This document shows positions 29,849-38,770 of a stretch of 59,826 nt of DNA, piece after piece. Position 1 is the stretch's first letter; each line of letters starts with the position of its first letter. The translations under genes and the position numbers were made by a program. The stretch comes from Chloroflexota bacterium (GTDB lineage Bacteria; Chloroflexota; Chloroflexia; QHBQ01), in NCBI GenBank assembly GCA_025355955.1, contig JANXYP010000006.1, positions 1 through 59,826 on the forward strand, in the 5' to 3' direction. The notes below the pieces were generated by a model. The model was not told the origin of the DNA, searched no databases, and was given only the letters and a program-made list of their open reading frames with translations.

Positions 29849-31996
29849 TTAGCGGGGGAAGGCTTCGCGTAGGCCGCCGTCTACCGGCATCATACTGCCG
29901 GTGGTCTTGGCAGTGCGGTCGGAGGCGTAGAATAGGGCGGCCTCGGCCACATCCTCAGCGGTTACTTCGACGCGCAGCAGGTTGCGCTGGCGGTAGAAAT
30001 CCTCAAGTTGGTCAGGAGCAATGCCGTAGGAGCGGGCGCGCTCGGTACGCACCTCAGCGCTCCACAGCCCGGAGCCGGAGAAGATTGCGTCGGGGTTGAC
30101 CATGTTCGAGCGGATGCCAAATGGCCCGCCTTCAAGGGCCAACACCCGCGCCAGTTGCGCCTCTGCCGCCTTCGCCGCGCTATATGCGCCGAAATCCTTG
30201 CCCGGCGCGGTCACGTTCTTGGTGGCGATGAACACCAGGCTGCCGCCCGTACCTTGCGCCTTCATCACCCGCAGCGCCTCGCGGGCCACCAGAAAGTGGC
30301 CGGTGGCGTTGACCGCGAAACTGCGCTGCCAATCCGCCAGGGTAAGCTCGTCAATCGGGCAACTCTGGGCGATGCCCGCATTGGATACCAGCACATCGAG
30401 GCCGCCATATTCCAGCAGCATCCGTTGATAGGCCGCCTGCACACTAGCCTCGTCGCTGACGTTCATCTCCACTGCGATGGCGCGATTGTTGGGGTTGGCC
30501 TTGTTTAGTTCGTCGGCCAGCGTCACCGCTTTGTCAATATCCAAATCAGCGCAGACCACGTGTGCGCCCGCAGCGGCGAAGCGGTGGGCGATGCCCGCAC
30601 CGATGGCTCCCGCCGCGCCGGTGAGCAGCGCCACCCGCCGCGCTAGCTCTTTCTCTGGCGGCGCGAGGGTTAGCTTGTATAGCTCCAGCGGCCAGTATTC
30701 CGCCGCAAACGCATCCTTGTCGGACAGCGAGCGATAACCGCCAGTGCGCTCCGCCGCTGCGATGATGGCGATGGTGTGATGGTAGATGTCGTTGGCGATC
30801 ATCACCGCCTTGCTGTCGCGGCCCACGCTGAACATCCCTAGCCCGCGTATCAACACCACGCGCGGCACTGCTGGCAGCATCGGCTCACCCGTCTGATGCT
30901 GCTGGTAGTAGGCCACATATTCCTTAGCCCATTTGTCATACGCCTGTCGTGCTGCCGCGATGAGTGCGACTGGGTCGGTTGGGTCAGCGGCATCAATCCA
31001 CAGTGGGTGGCGTTTGGTGTTGAGGATATGGTCGGGGGTGGCTGCGCCCTCGCGCAACACAGCGGGCAGCCGCTCTAGGCTGATAGTCTCGCCATTGACG
31101 AAGGCCAGCACGTCCTCGCTATCGTCAAAGCGCATCACCACCCGCTCGACTTGTCCGCCCTGGCTCAGTATCCCGCGCAGGGTGGGGGCGAGGGTGGAGT
31201 TTTGAGTTTTGAGTTTTGAGTTTTGAGTTGGGTTGGCTGTTTCCACGCTGACAGAAACGTGCTGGCTACTCCCCTCCCGCCGGGAGGGGTTGGGGGTGGG
31301 TGTACCTGGGGTAATGAATTGAGCAGCATAGCGGGCGGCACGGTCTACCATCTCGATGTGGCGTTGGTAGGCCTCGTGAGGGTCATCGGCCCAGGTGATC
31401 AGGCCGTGGTTGAGCAGGATTACGCCCTTGATTGTGGGTCTGCTGAGGGCGGACGCGCCCACCAGTTTCGACAGGTAGAAGCCGGGACGGTGGTAGGGGA
31501 TGATCGCCAGCTCGTCGCCGTAAAGTTCGGCCAGGATCTCGGTGCAGCGTTGGTTGTTGGTTACAGCAAGGATGGCATCGGCGTGGCTATGCACTACGCT
31601 GCGGGCGGGAACGAAGCCGTGTAGCAGCGTTTCAATCGAGGGGCGGCTGGAGTTCGGTTCGATCAGGGTGTGGGCCAGATACTCTACCATCTGCTCGTCG
31701 CTCATCGACCCTTGTTCAAACAGGGCAAGCACATCGTCCATCCGCACGCCAGGGAAGTCGCGCTGCGTCACTGCCTTGAGGTCGGAGCCGCTGCCTTTCA
31801 CCCGCATTACGTAGGTGTCGCGGCCACGAAAGTCGGTTTCGTGCAGCTTCAGCGAGGTGTTACCGCCGCCCCAAACCACCAGGCGCGGGTCGCTGCCCAC
31901 CAACCGTGACTGATACACCAGCAGATCCAACCCCGCCAACCCAGCCACCGCCTGCCCATCCCAGCGGTCGGCGATAATTCGCTCCTCTGTCATCAT
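29849..31996 (-). CDS. rhaEW: Bifunctional rhamnulose-1-phosphate aldolase / short-chain dehydrogenase (RhaEW/YuxG type)
   Basis: GGGNTSLK, KGSGSDL, PSIETLLH, HSHAD, ATPDH, EYWPLELYKL; SDR TGAAGAIG, NAGI, YSAAKAA. Confidence 0.88.
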   Translation of the reverse strand: MMTEERIIADRWDGQAVAGLAGLDLLVYQSRLVGSDPRLVVWGGGNTSLKLHETDFRGRDTYVMRVKGSGSDLKAVTQRDFPGVRMDDVLALFEQGSMSDEQMVEYLAHTLIEPNSSRPSIETLLHGFVPARSVVHSHADAILAVTNNQRCTEILAELYGDELAIIPYHRPGFYLSKLVGASALSRPTIKGVILLNHGLITWADDPHEAYQRHIEMVDRAARYAAQFITPGTPTPNPSRREGSSQHVSVSVETANPTQNSKLKTQNSTLAPTLRGILSQGGQVERVVMRFDDSEDVLAFVNGETISLERLPAVLREGAATPDHILNTKRHPLWIDAADPTDPVALIAAARQAYDKWAKEYVAYYQQHQTGEPMLPAVPRVVLIRGLGMFSVGRDSKAVMIANDIYHHTIAIIAAAERTGGYRSLSDKDAFAAEYWPLELYKLTLAPPEKELARRVALLTGAAGAIGAGIAHRFAAAGAHVVCADLDIDKAVTLADELNKANPNNRAIAVEMNVSDEASVQAAYQRMLLEYGGLDVLVSNAGIAQSCPIDELTLADWQRSFAVNATGHFLVAREALRVMKAQGTGGSLVFIATKNVTAPGKDFGAYSAAKAAEAQLARVLALEGGPFGIRSNMVNPDAIFSGSGLWSAEVRTERARSYGIAPDQLEDFYRQRNLLRVEVTAEDVAEAALFYASDRTAKTTGSMMPVDGGLREAFPR

Positions 31997-32014
31997 CCCT
32001 GCCCTTTCTGCAAA

Positions 32015-33280
32015 TCAGTCGTCTTGTGGCGCAACCGCAATGCTGAGGTCGAGGCATAGGCTCTGCGCGGGTAGCACATCGCGCCACTGGCGCACCAAAT
32101 CGCGGTAGGCACGCCCCACCGGGCGCATCTGGCGGTGCAGGTCGTAGAGGCCCAGCGGGTTGATATGGTTGTTATCTTCGCGTAGAGCGGTATCCCAGTC
32201 CACCTGATCGGTGAGGCTGTACCAGGTGAAGCCGATTATCGGCACTCCGGCATCGCGCAGATGCACCATGTTAGTCCACTGCTTCCACAACCACAGCGGC
32301 GCTTCAGCCGCGTTCTGCAAGTTAGTCTCGGTGTGCATAACTGGCAGGCGATAGCGATCGAAGTAGTCTTTGGTAATCATGTAGTAGCCGAGCGTTTCGC
32401 CAGCGGGCCGCTCGAGACCATCGGAGTCTACCAGGTGTTCGTTGGTGATATAGTAATCATTGCCCATAATCTGGTAGGGGCGCAACGCACGTCCCTCTTT
32501 GCTGAACCAGTGAAACTCCTCGCGGCTCATGCCATTATCCAACAGATACTCGTAGCTGCACTGGCAAACCCCGTGATGCCCATAGCAAAGATCGAGCGAG
32601 AGGAAGCGGCGGTGGTTGAGTTCATCGCTTAGTTCCTGCACTGAGGGGTTGGCGGGGTGGAAGTATTCGCTCGATTCGCTTTGCACGAAGTAAGCCTTCG
32701 GCTGCACCTTTAGTATCGCCTGCTCCGCCAGTATGTTTGCCTTTGCCATATGCTTAAGGGCGGTGACAAACGCATGGTCGCTACGTAGCCGCTCATTCCA
32801 CCAACCCAGCAGCGCGGAAAACTTGGCGCAGACGTAGATCTCGTTGACTGGAGTGTAGAGGTGGACCCAGGGATAACGCGCCGCGAATGCGCCCGCATAT
32901 TCGGCAAACAAGGCGGGCCAGTCGGGATTCTGAAAGTTGCCCACCCAGTCGGGTACGCCAAAGTGGCAGAGGTCGACGATGGGGATGATGTTACGATGGC
33001 GCAGCGCTGCGAACGTGGCATCGGCAAACGACCAATCGTACCGTCCTGGCCCAATGTGGGTCTTGTAATAAGGCGGACCGTAGCGTAGATATTCTAGCTC
33101 AAGCTCATTTACCAGGGCAAAGTCGTCCTGCCAGTAGTCATAGTGGCCGGTCTTCGCCATCTCGTCAACTCGAAGGTCAAGCCCGTTGCGGTCGGTAATT
33201 ATCGGGTAACTGTTCTCGATGCCGGTGGCGAACATAAATCGCCCCCCTTGCTGGGTTGGCCTTGAAGTCAACTTTGGCAT
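32015..33280 (-). CDS. Glycoside hydrolase family 1 (beta-glucosidase-like)
   Basis: FMFATGIENSYP, DLCHFGVP, TPVNE (acid/base), HTETN (nucleophile), GFTWYSLTDQVDW. Confidence 0.85.
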   Translation of the reverse strand: MPKLTSRPTQQGGRFMFATGIENSYPIITDRNGLDLRVDEMAKTGHYDYWQDDFALVNELELEYLRYGPPYYKTHIGPGRYDWSFADATFAALRHRNIIPIVDLCHFGVPDWVGNFQNPDWPALFAEYAGAFAARYPWVHLYTPVNEIYVCAKFSALLGWWNERLRSDHAFVTALKHMAKANILAEQAILKVQPKAYFVQSESSEYFHPANPSVQELSDELNHRRFLSLDLCYGHHGVCQCSYEYLLDNGMSREEFHWFSKEGRALRPYQIMGNDYYITNEHLVDSDGLERPAGETLGYYMITKDYFDRYRLPVMHTETNLQNAAEAPLWLWKQWTNMVHLRDAGVPIIGFTWYSLTDQVDWDTALREDNNHINPLGLYDLHRQMRPVGRAYRDLVRQWRDVLPAQSLCLDLSIAVAPQDD

Positions 33281-33470
33281 AGCTAGTTTGCTCCTGGTTG
33301 GATTTTAGCGGCTGAAGCTGCAAGCGAACACATCCGGTGCAACATCGCTCTGCTGCAAAATTGTAAGGCATATTGGTTGGTTCGTCAATGCGCCGTGTCA
33401 TCGAGATTGGTGGCACGGATATTGATGAAAACGTGCTAATATAGAGCTACGAATAGCGAGGGGAGAAAAT

Positions 33471-33698
33471 ATGATGGCAGATGAAATCACCAACGTCGAG
33501 GTAGGAAACCATCTATCGACTCAAGGGAGTGATGATGAGGTATACGGGCCAGAACAGCGAACCTGGAGCAACGTCAGTCGTGGGTTCGCCGAGGATAGCC
33601 AGGCCAGCGATTATGTTCGTCACGAGGCCCGCCTGGCTGATAGCCGCAGCCGCCCGCGATCAAGCACTGCGATAGACGAAACGGGTGAGACGGTTTAA
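33471..33698 (+). CDS. Small acidic hypothetical protein
   Basis: RBS GAGGGGAG, 75 aa, divergent from GH1. Confidence 0.5.
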   Translation: MMADEITNVEVGNHLSTQGSDDEVYGPEQRTWSNVSRGFAEDSQASDYVRHEARLADSRSRPRSSTAIDETGETV

Positions 33699-33758
33699 TC
33701 ACTGTCATGGTAAGGTGAAGCCACCGTTAGCAGCACACCCGCACCAGGACGCTAAACA

Positions 33759-34196
33759 CTATATTTGCTTCAGCAGCTTGTTGGGGGTTAGCGATTTGAT
33801 GTTAGCCCAACGGAAATCTTTATCGCGGGTTACGATCGCATCGAGACCTGCTGCCAGTACAGCTGCGGCCTGCAGCTGATCTTCCAAGTCGTTCCCAGGT
33901 TGCAGCATTGCGCTTCTTATCATCGGCTCGTCCAGTGCGACTATGCCGAAAGAGTCTATACAGAGCTTCGTCGCCTTATATGCCTCTTTCGTTGCTTGTA
34001 CCTCGCCCAGCGTAGCTTTCAAGTCCCGGCGAACAAAATAGAAAACGTTAGGTATTGACGATGCAGCGATATAGCCCTCTAACCTACCTTTGTCATTTGC
34101 CTGGAAGATGCGTTTGGCTTCAGCAGCGAAGGGTTGACGAGCAAGGATGAAATCAAGAATCACATTGACATCTATGAGCAACCTGAGAATGGTCAT
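33759..34196 (-). CDS. PIN-domain toxin (VapC/PIN_3-like)
   Basis: LLIDVNVILD, DLEDQLQAAA, AIVTRDKDF. Confidence 0.85.
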   Translation of the reverse strand: MTILRLLIDVNVILDFILARQPFAAEAKRIFQANDKGRLEGYIAASSIPNVFYFVRRDLKATLGEVQATKEAYKATKLCIDSFGIVALDEPMIRSAMLQPGNDLEDQLQAAAVLAAGLDAIVTRDKDFRWANIKSLTPNKLLKQI

Positions 34197-34588
34197 CGGT
34201 TATATCTTTCCCATCGCTCATCATCAATCATCTGCCAGACCTGCTCTTCCGTAGGAGTCGAACCCTCATGCGCCAGCAAGCCATACAGAGCCATACTGTT
34301 ACGCTGATTCACTGGCGGCGGTTCTTTTATCAAGCCTCTGGCAATGCGCTCCTCGACCTCTTCGGCAGTGGCAGGACGCAGGAGCGATGATACCATCTCC
34401 GCATCGCTATTACTCGTATGCTTTTGCGCCAGGCTATCTTCGCCAGCCAGTTGGTTAATCACATCATGTACCAACTGCGCTTGGGCAGCGGGCGGCCAGT
34501 TTAGAACCACCTCACGCACGTGATGATAGTTAGGGGCTGGCTCACCTGGGGTTGAATCGGCTATGTGCCGCGGTTCAGTTGCAGTCAT
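34193..34588 (-). CDS. Putative antitoxin
   Basis: 4-bp overlap upstream of the PIN gene; C-terminal LYGLL...PTEEQV..MIDDERWERY. Confidence 0.65.
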   Translation of the reverse strand: MTATEPRHIADSTPGEPAPNYHHVREVVLNWPPAAQAQLVHDVINQLAGEDSLAQKHTSNSDAEMVSSLLRPATAEEVEERIARGLIKEPPPVNQRNSMALYGLLAHEGSTPTEEQVWQMIDDERWERYNR

Positions 34589-34607
34589 GTTGTGCCTCCT
34601 ATCTTCG

Positions 34608-34730
34608 TATTACAACCTCAGTTGGCAGGCAGATGATGTAGTTACGATTTGTTTAGATACTTGGCGGCAGGGCGTATGCGATTCGCCCCTACACCAATAT
34701 GACGCTACTATGCCAGGTGAGGCTGTAATA
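34608..34730. mobile_element. MITE family M2
   Basis: TATTACAACCTCAGTTG...GAGGCTGTAATA, central REP. Confidence 0.75.
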
Positions 34731-34787
34731 TTAGCTGCCCATATTATAGCATAATTGTAGCTCTGATAAAATGGATTCGGTTAAAAG

Positions 34788-34878
34788 GGGTGTGCGTCAC
34801 GTTCTTGCATACCCAACCAGGGCGAACAACGGTTCGCCTCTACTGAACGCTTGCTCCGCAAGAACTAGACGCGCACCC
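34788..34878. mobile_element. MITE family M1 with perfect 9-bp target duplication
   Basis: GGTTAAAAG|GGGTGTGCGTCAC...GACGCGCACCC|GGTTAAAAG. Confidence 0.85.
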
Positions 34879-34923
34879 GGTTAAAAGTAGTAGGCGCACC
34901 AGACGGTGCGCCTCATCGTCCTA

Positions 34924-36363
34924 CTAATCGTAATCCTCTTCACCGTAGCTCTCCGGCATCTCCGCTAGCTCCGGTTCGCCCAGCAGCGCATCCTCGATAG
35001 TCTGGGCCAGGCTGGCAACCCCCTCACCATTGAAGTCGGTGGCGAGCGCAGGCGGCTTGGGGGATAGCGGGTAGAAGCCCTTGCTGAAACCGAGCTTGGC
35101 CGCCTCTTGCAGCCGCCGCTCCAACTGGCTGACCTGACGTAGCTCCCCGCTCAGGCCGATCTCGCCAATAAACACCGCGCCGGGGTCCACCATCTGGCTG
35201 CGGAAGCTGCTGGCAATCGCGGTCGCCACCGCCAGGTCTACCGCCGGTTCGTCCACCTTCATCCCGCCCACTACATTGACGTAAATATCCTGATTCGACA
35301 GCGCCAGCCCAACCCGCTTGGTCAGCACCGCGATCAGCATCTGCAGGCGGTTGTTGTCTACGCCATTAGCGGTGCGGCGGGGCATCCCAAAGCTGGTGGT
35401 GCTGGTCAGCGCCTGCACCTCGACTAGCAGCGGGCGGGTGCCTTCCATCGTCACCGCCACCGCGCTGCCAGGTATGCCCATGCTGCGCTCGGCAAGGAAG
35501 GCGGCGGAGGGGTTAGGCACCTCGATCATGCCGTCGCTGCTCATCTCGAACACTCCCACCTCGTTGGTGCTACCAAAGCGGTTCTTCACCCCGCGCAGCA
35601 GGCGATACTGGTGGTAGCGGTCGCCTTCGAGATACAGCACGGTGTCCACAATGTGTTCCAGCACGCGCGGCCCCGCCAACGCCCCCTCTTTGGTAACGTG
35701 GCCGACCAGGAACATGGGGATGTTGCGACTCTTGCCCATACGCATCAGCCTGCTGGTACACTCGCGCACCTGGCTGACGCTGCCCGCCGCCGAACTCACG
35801 TCCGGCACGTAGACGGTCTGTATCGAGTCTATGATCACCAGTGCGGGCTGCATCTGCTCGATGTGCTGCAAGATGTAGTCCATGTTGGTCTCGGCTAGCA
35901 GATAAAGTTCGTCCGGCGCGATGTTGAGGCGGTCGGCCCGCAGCTTGATCTGCTGGTTGGACTCCTCGGCGCTGACGTACAGCACCTTACCGCTGGCCGC
36001 CAGCAGCCCGCTGATCTGCAGCAGCAAAGTGGATTTGCCGATGCCGGGGTCGCCACCGATCAGAATGAGGCTGCCCGGCACAATGCCGCCGCCCAGCACG
36101 CGGTTGAACTCGGCAATCGGCACCTGCATCCGGTTCCAGCCTGCGTTGCTGATTTTGGTGATCGGCTCCGGCTTGCTCATCGTCGCGGCGGAACCAAGCC
36201 AGGCGTTGTGGCTGCTCAGGCTGCTGCTAGGCGCGACCGCCTCGCTAAACGTATCCCACTCGCCGCAGTCGGGGCATTTGCCCTGCCACTTGGGCGACTC
36301 GCTGCCGCAGTTCTGGCAGACGTAAATTGTCTTAGGCTTGGCCCCCATCGCGTTCTTCGCCAC
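34924..36363 (-). CDS. radA: DNA repair protein RadA/Sms
   Basis: CQNCG..KWQGKCPDCGEW, GGDPGIGKSTL, DSIQT, GPRVLEH, KNRFG. Confidence 0.96.
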   Translation of the reverse strand: MAKNAMGAKPKTIYVCQNCGSESPKWQGKCPDCGEWDTFSEAVAPSSSLSSHNAWLGSAATMSKPEPITKISNAGWNRMQVPIAEFNRVLGGGIVPGSLILIGGDPGIGKSTLLLQISGLLAASGKVLYVSAEESNQQIKLRADRLNIAPDELYLLAETNMDYILQHIEQMQPALVIIDSIQTVYVPDVSSAAGSVSQVRECTSRLMRMGKSRNIPMFLVGHVTKEGALAGPRVLEHIVDTVLYLEGDRYHQYRLLRGVKNRFGSTNEVGVFEMSSDGMIEVPNPSAAFLAERSMGIPGSAVAVTMEGTRPLLVEVQALTSTTSFGMPRRTANGVDNNRLQMLIAVLTKRVGLALSNQDIYVNVVGGMKVDEPAVDLAVATAIASSFRSQMVDPGAVFIGEIGLSGELRQVSQLERRLQEAAKLGFSKGFYPLSPKPPALATDFNGEGVASLAQTIEDALLGEPELAEMPESYGEEDYD

Positions 36364-36395
36364 GCTGGTATCCCCTCGCTATGTTCTCAATATGC

Positions 36396-36431
36396 AGCAC
36401 ATCTGTTCTAATTGCGTATTGCATTATAGCA
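36396..36431 (-). promoter_or_regulatory. radA promoter (TG-C-TATAAT) with candidate LexA box
   Basis: Extended -10 at 36423-36431; AGCAC-ATCT-GTTCT at 36396-36409, one mismatch from AGAAC-N4-GTTCT. Confidence 0.55.
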
Positions 36432-36472
36432 TATTTGGCGGCAGAGCGCAATAAAAAAAAGGCATCACCGTA

Positions 36473-36581
36473 GGGCAGTTGCAAAGTCGGCTGCTTAGGC
36501 GTGATAAATCACCGCCCCTACATGGGTTTGTGCTTGCAAGGGCGCAATCTCATTGCAGCCTGGCCGGCTTTGCAACAGCCC
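36473..36581. mobile_element. MITE family M4 (TIR GGGC(T/A)GTTGCAAAG, TA duplication)
   Basis: TA|GGGCAGTTGCAAAGTCGGC...GCCGGCTTTGCAACAGCCC|TA, with two REP-variant cores inside. Confidence 0.7.
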
Positions 36582-36584
36582 TAG

Positions 36585-36708
36585 TATTACAGCCTCAGTT
36601 GGCATAAATGGGCCAGAATGGTGTGGGGGCGAATCGCATACTCCCTGTTGCCGAGCGTCCAGGCCAATCGTAACTACCGCACCTTGCCTGGCAACTGAGG
36701 TTGTAATA
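36585..36708. mobile_element. MITE family M2, CTAG duplication
   Basis: CTAG|TATTACAGCCTCAGTTG...CAACTGAGGTTGTAATA|CTAG. Confidence 0.8.
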
Positions 36709-36715
36709 CTAGTCA

Positions 36716-36901
36716 TCACCGTTTGTCCTTCGCCATCGCATCATCTTTACGCCGGTTGACAATGGTTACTCTTACCTCGGTGCTGAACAGCTTGATGCTA
36801 ACCGAACCCTCTTTCCTGGCTGCGCCGAAGGCGTAGCCCAGCAGCAGGCTAATGAGCATCGCCAGCACAATTACAAACTGATTACCCAACCCCTTGCCCA
36901 T
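36716..36901 (-). CDS. Small single-TM hypothetical protein
   Basis: RBS AGGAGG, hydrophobic N-terminus, directly downstream of the 2H gene. Confidence 0.55.
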   Translation of the reverse strand: MGKGLGNQFVIVLAMLISLLLGYAFGAARKEGSVSIKLFSTEVRVTIVNRRKDDAMAKDKR

Positions 36902-36919
36902 CTGTCCGCCTCCTCTTTT

Positions 36920-37462
36920 TCACTGTTGGCCGGTAAGCTCATACTGAGGGCCGAGATACTGCTTACTGCCCTTTGCATAGATTGTGCCGATGCTGCTTAT
37001 CTTTATCTCCCAACCGAGCGGTTGCTGGTTCAGCCAGGCGACAATCGCGGGCAGATTGTCTCCGGTAATATCGGATTGCCCGATAGTGATGTGCGGCATC
37101 CACTGTGCGGGGTTGTAGTATTCGACTGCACCCTGCGCCACGCTCTCCGCTTCCGGACATATTGCGGTGTGCAAGAGGCTAAGTTCCAGGTTACGTACTA
37201 TGGGGATGAACAATATGGGGTTGGTGGCGGTGAAGATGCCGAGGCCGCTGGTTCTGATACTGAAGGGGGCGGTGTTTGCGGCGAATAGCGCCAGGATTGC
37301 CGCAAGCTTCTGCTCATCGTACTGCTTTGCCACATGGTAGGAGAAATGGGGGAAGGGCGTGATGTACACGCCGCGCACGCCGAAGCTGCTGGACAGTTCG
37401 GCCCAGATGCGCTCTACCTTGTGCTGATGCTCCTCATCTAGCAGCGAGACGATGCCTTGCAT
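36920..37462 (-). CDS. 2H phosphoesterase (2'-5' RNA ligase family)
   Basis: PHFSY and PHITI HxT/S motifs. Confidence 0.82.
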   Translation of the reverse strand: MQGIVSLLDEEHQHKVERIWAELSSSFGVRGVYITPFPHFSYHVAKQYDEQKLAAILALFAANTAPFSIRTSGLGIFTATNPILFIPIVRNLELSLLHTAICPEAESVAQGAVEYYNPAQWMPHITIGQSDITGDNLPAIVAWLNQQPLGWEIKISSIGTIYAKGSKQYLGPQYELTGQQ

Positions 37463-37556
37463 ATAAATCCCATCTCATAAATCAAGTGGTTGGCGTGAGG
37501 ATGCGTGCCACTTGGTTCACTCCCCCACCCTGCCTCCCCCCTTTGGTGAGGTATGA

Positions 37557-38390
37557 TCAGACCACGCCTGCCAGCGCCTTCATTGCCGCGCCGACATGGT
37601 AATGCTCGAAGTCGGTCGTGCCGCCCATGATGAACATACAGAGGCAGTCAATGTAGCTGCGGGCGGGGTTGGCGCACTGCTGCAGCAGTTGGCGGTAGCG
37701 GTTCACCTTCTCAGTGTCATTTGTCGGCCGGTCGCCCGGCACCATCTGGATGCTGTCAATACCATACTCGGTGACGTAGAGTGGCTTGGTGGGGAACAGC
37801 AGGTGGTAGCGCCAGATTTTGTCGAGTAGGGGTTGCCAGTCGGTGTAATGGTAGACGTGGACCCCGATGGCATCGCATTGCGCGTATGCCTGCATCAGGT
37901 GCGGCTGGGTGGCTAGCCATTCCAGATCAATGCCACCCCACTGATAGCTAGAGTTGGGCGAACCCCACAGGCCGGGGCTGATCACCTTGGTGCTGGGGCT
38001 GGCCGCCTTGATTTTAGTCAGCGTATCGTTGATGTAGAATTGGTGGGTGTAGCAGTTATCCTTGTTATGGTAAGCGTTGGCTACGGTGGCGGCATCGGGG
38101 CTGCCCAGGTTGGGCTGCTCGGCGATGTTGGGCTCGTTGCCCAGTTCGATGACGATGTTGGGGCCGAACTCGTTCAAAATTGCCTCCGCGTCGGAGAAGA
38201 AGACGTTGACCGTCCCCGGCAGGCGCACGATGATCTGCTCCACGCCCAGGCTTAGGGCGCGCACCATATCCGCCTTCTTGTGGTCAGGCCAGAGCAGCTT
38301 CAGGGTCTTGAAGCCCGCCGCCTGCAGGTTAGTCCAGTCGTCACTGGTAAAAGGCGCGTTCGGCGCGTGCGCCCCGTTCAGATGGCTCAT
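37557..38390 (-). CDS. GH-A clan TIM-barrel glycosidase-like protein
   Basis: ELGNEPN, DAIGVHVY, KPLYVTEYG; no signal peptide. Confidence 0.7.
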   Translation of the reverse strand: MSHLNGAHAPNAPFTSDDWTNLQAAGFKTLKLLWPDHKKADMVRALSLGVEQIIVRLPGTVNVFFSDAEAILNEFGPNIVIELGNEPNIAEQPNLGSPDAATVANAYHNKDNCYTHQFYINDTLTKIKAASPSTKVISPGLWGSPNSSYQWGGIDLEWLATQPHLMQAYAQCDAIGVHVYHYTDWQPLLDKIWRYHLLFPTKPLYVTEYGIDSIQMVPGDRPTNDTEKVNRYRQLLQQCANPARSYIDCLCMFIMGGTTDFEHYHVGAAMKALAGVV

Positions 38391-38478
38391 CGCGATCCCC
38401 TTTCCCGTTGAACTTATCACATCCGTGTTGTAGAAGTATAGAACAAGGGCCATCTGCTGTCAAATAGCGACACCAGTC

Positions 38479-38668
38479 GGGTGCGCGTCACGTCCTTACG
38501 GAGCAAGCGTTCAGTAGGGGCGAACCGTTGTTCGCCCTGGTTGGATATGCAAGAACGTGACGCACACCCTTCGTTTGTGGTGCGCGTCACGTTCTTACGG
38601 AGCAAGCGTTCAGTAGGGGCGAACCATAGTTCGCCCTGGTTGGATATGCAAGAACGTGATGCACACCC
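38479..38668. mobile_element. Two tandem MITE M1 copies (38479-38569 and 38579-38668)
   Basis: Near-identical ~90-bp units, each with TIRs and a central REP. Confidence 0.85.
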
Positions 38669-38684
38669 ACAACTATTACCAAGG

Positions 38685-38713
38685 TTGACACTGCCCCAGT
38701 GCCGTGCTACTAT
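38685..38713 (+). promoter_or_regulatory. Sigma-70 promoter
   Basis: TTGACA-N17-TACTAT. Confidence 0.55.
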
Positions 38714-38770
38714 GCCCGCACCGCATCCGCGGTGTATGTTTGCCTCTGGTTTATAGAAAGGATTGCAGAA

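Noticed and set aside
33410-33426. Sigma-54-like TGGCAC-N5-TTGA
   Set aside because: Lacks the conserved -12 GC, and no enhancer-binding protein is nearby.
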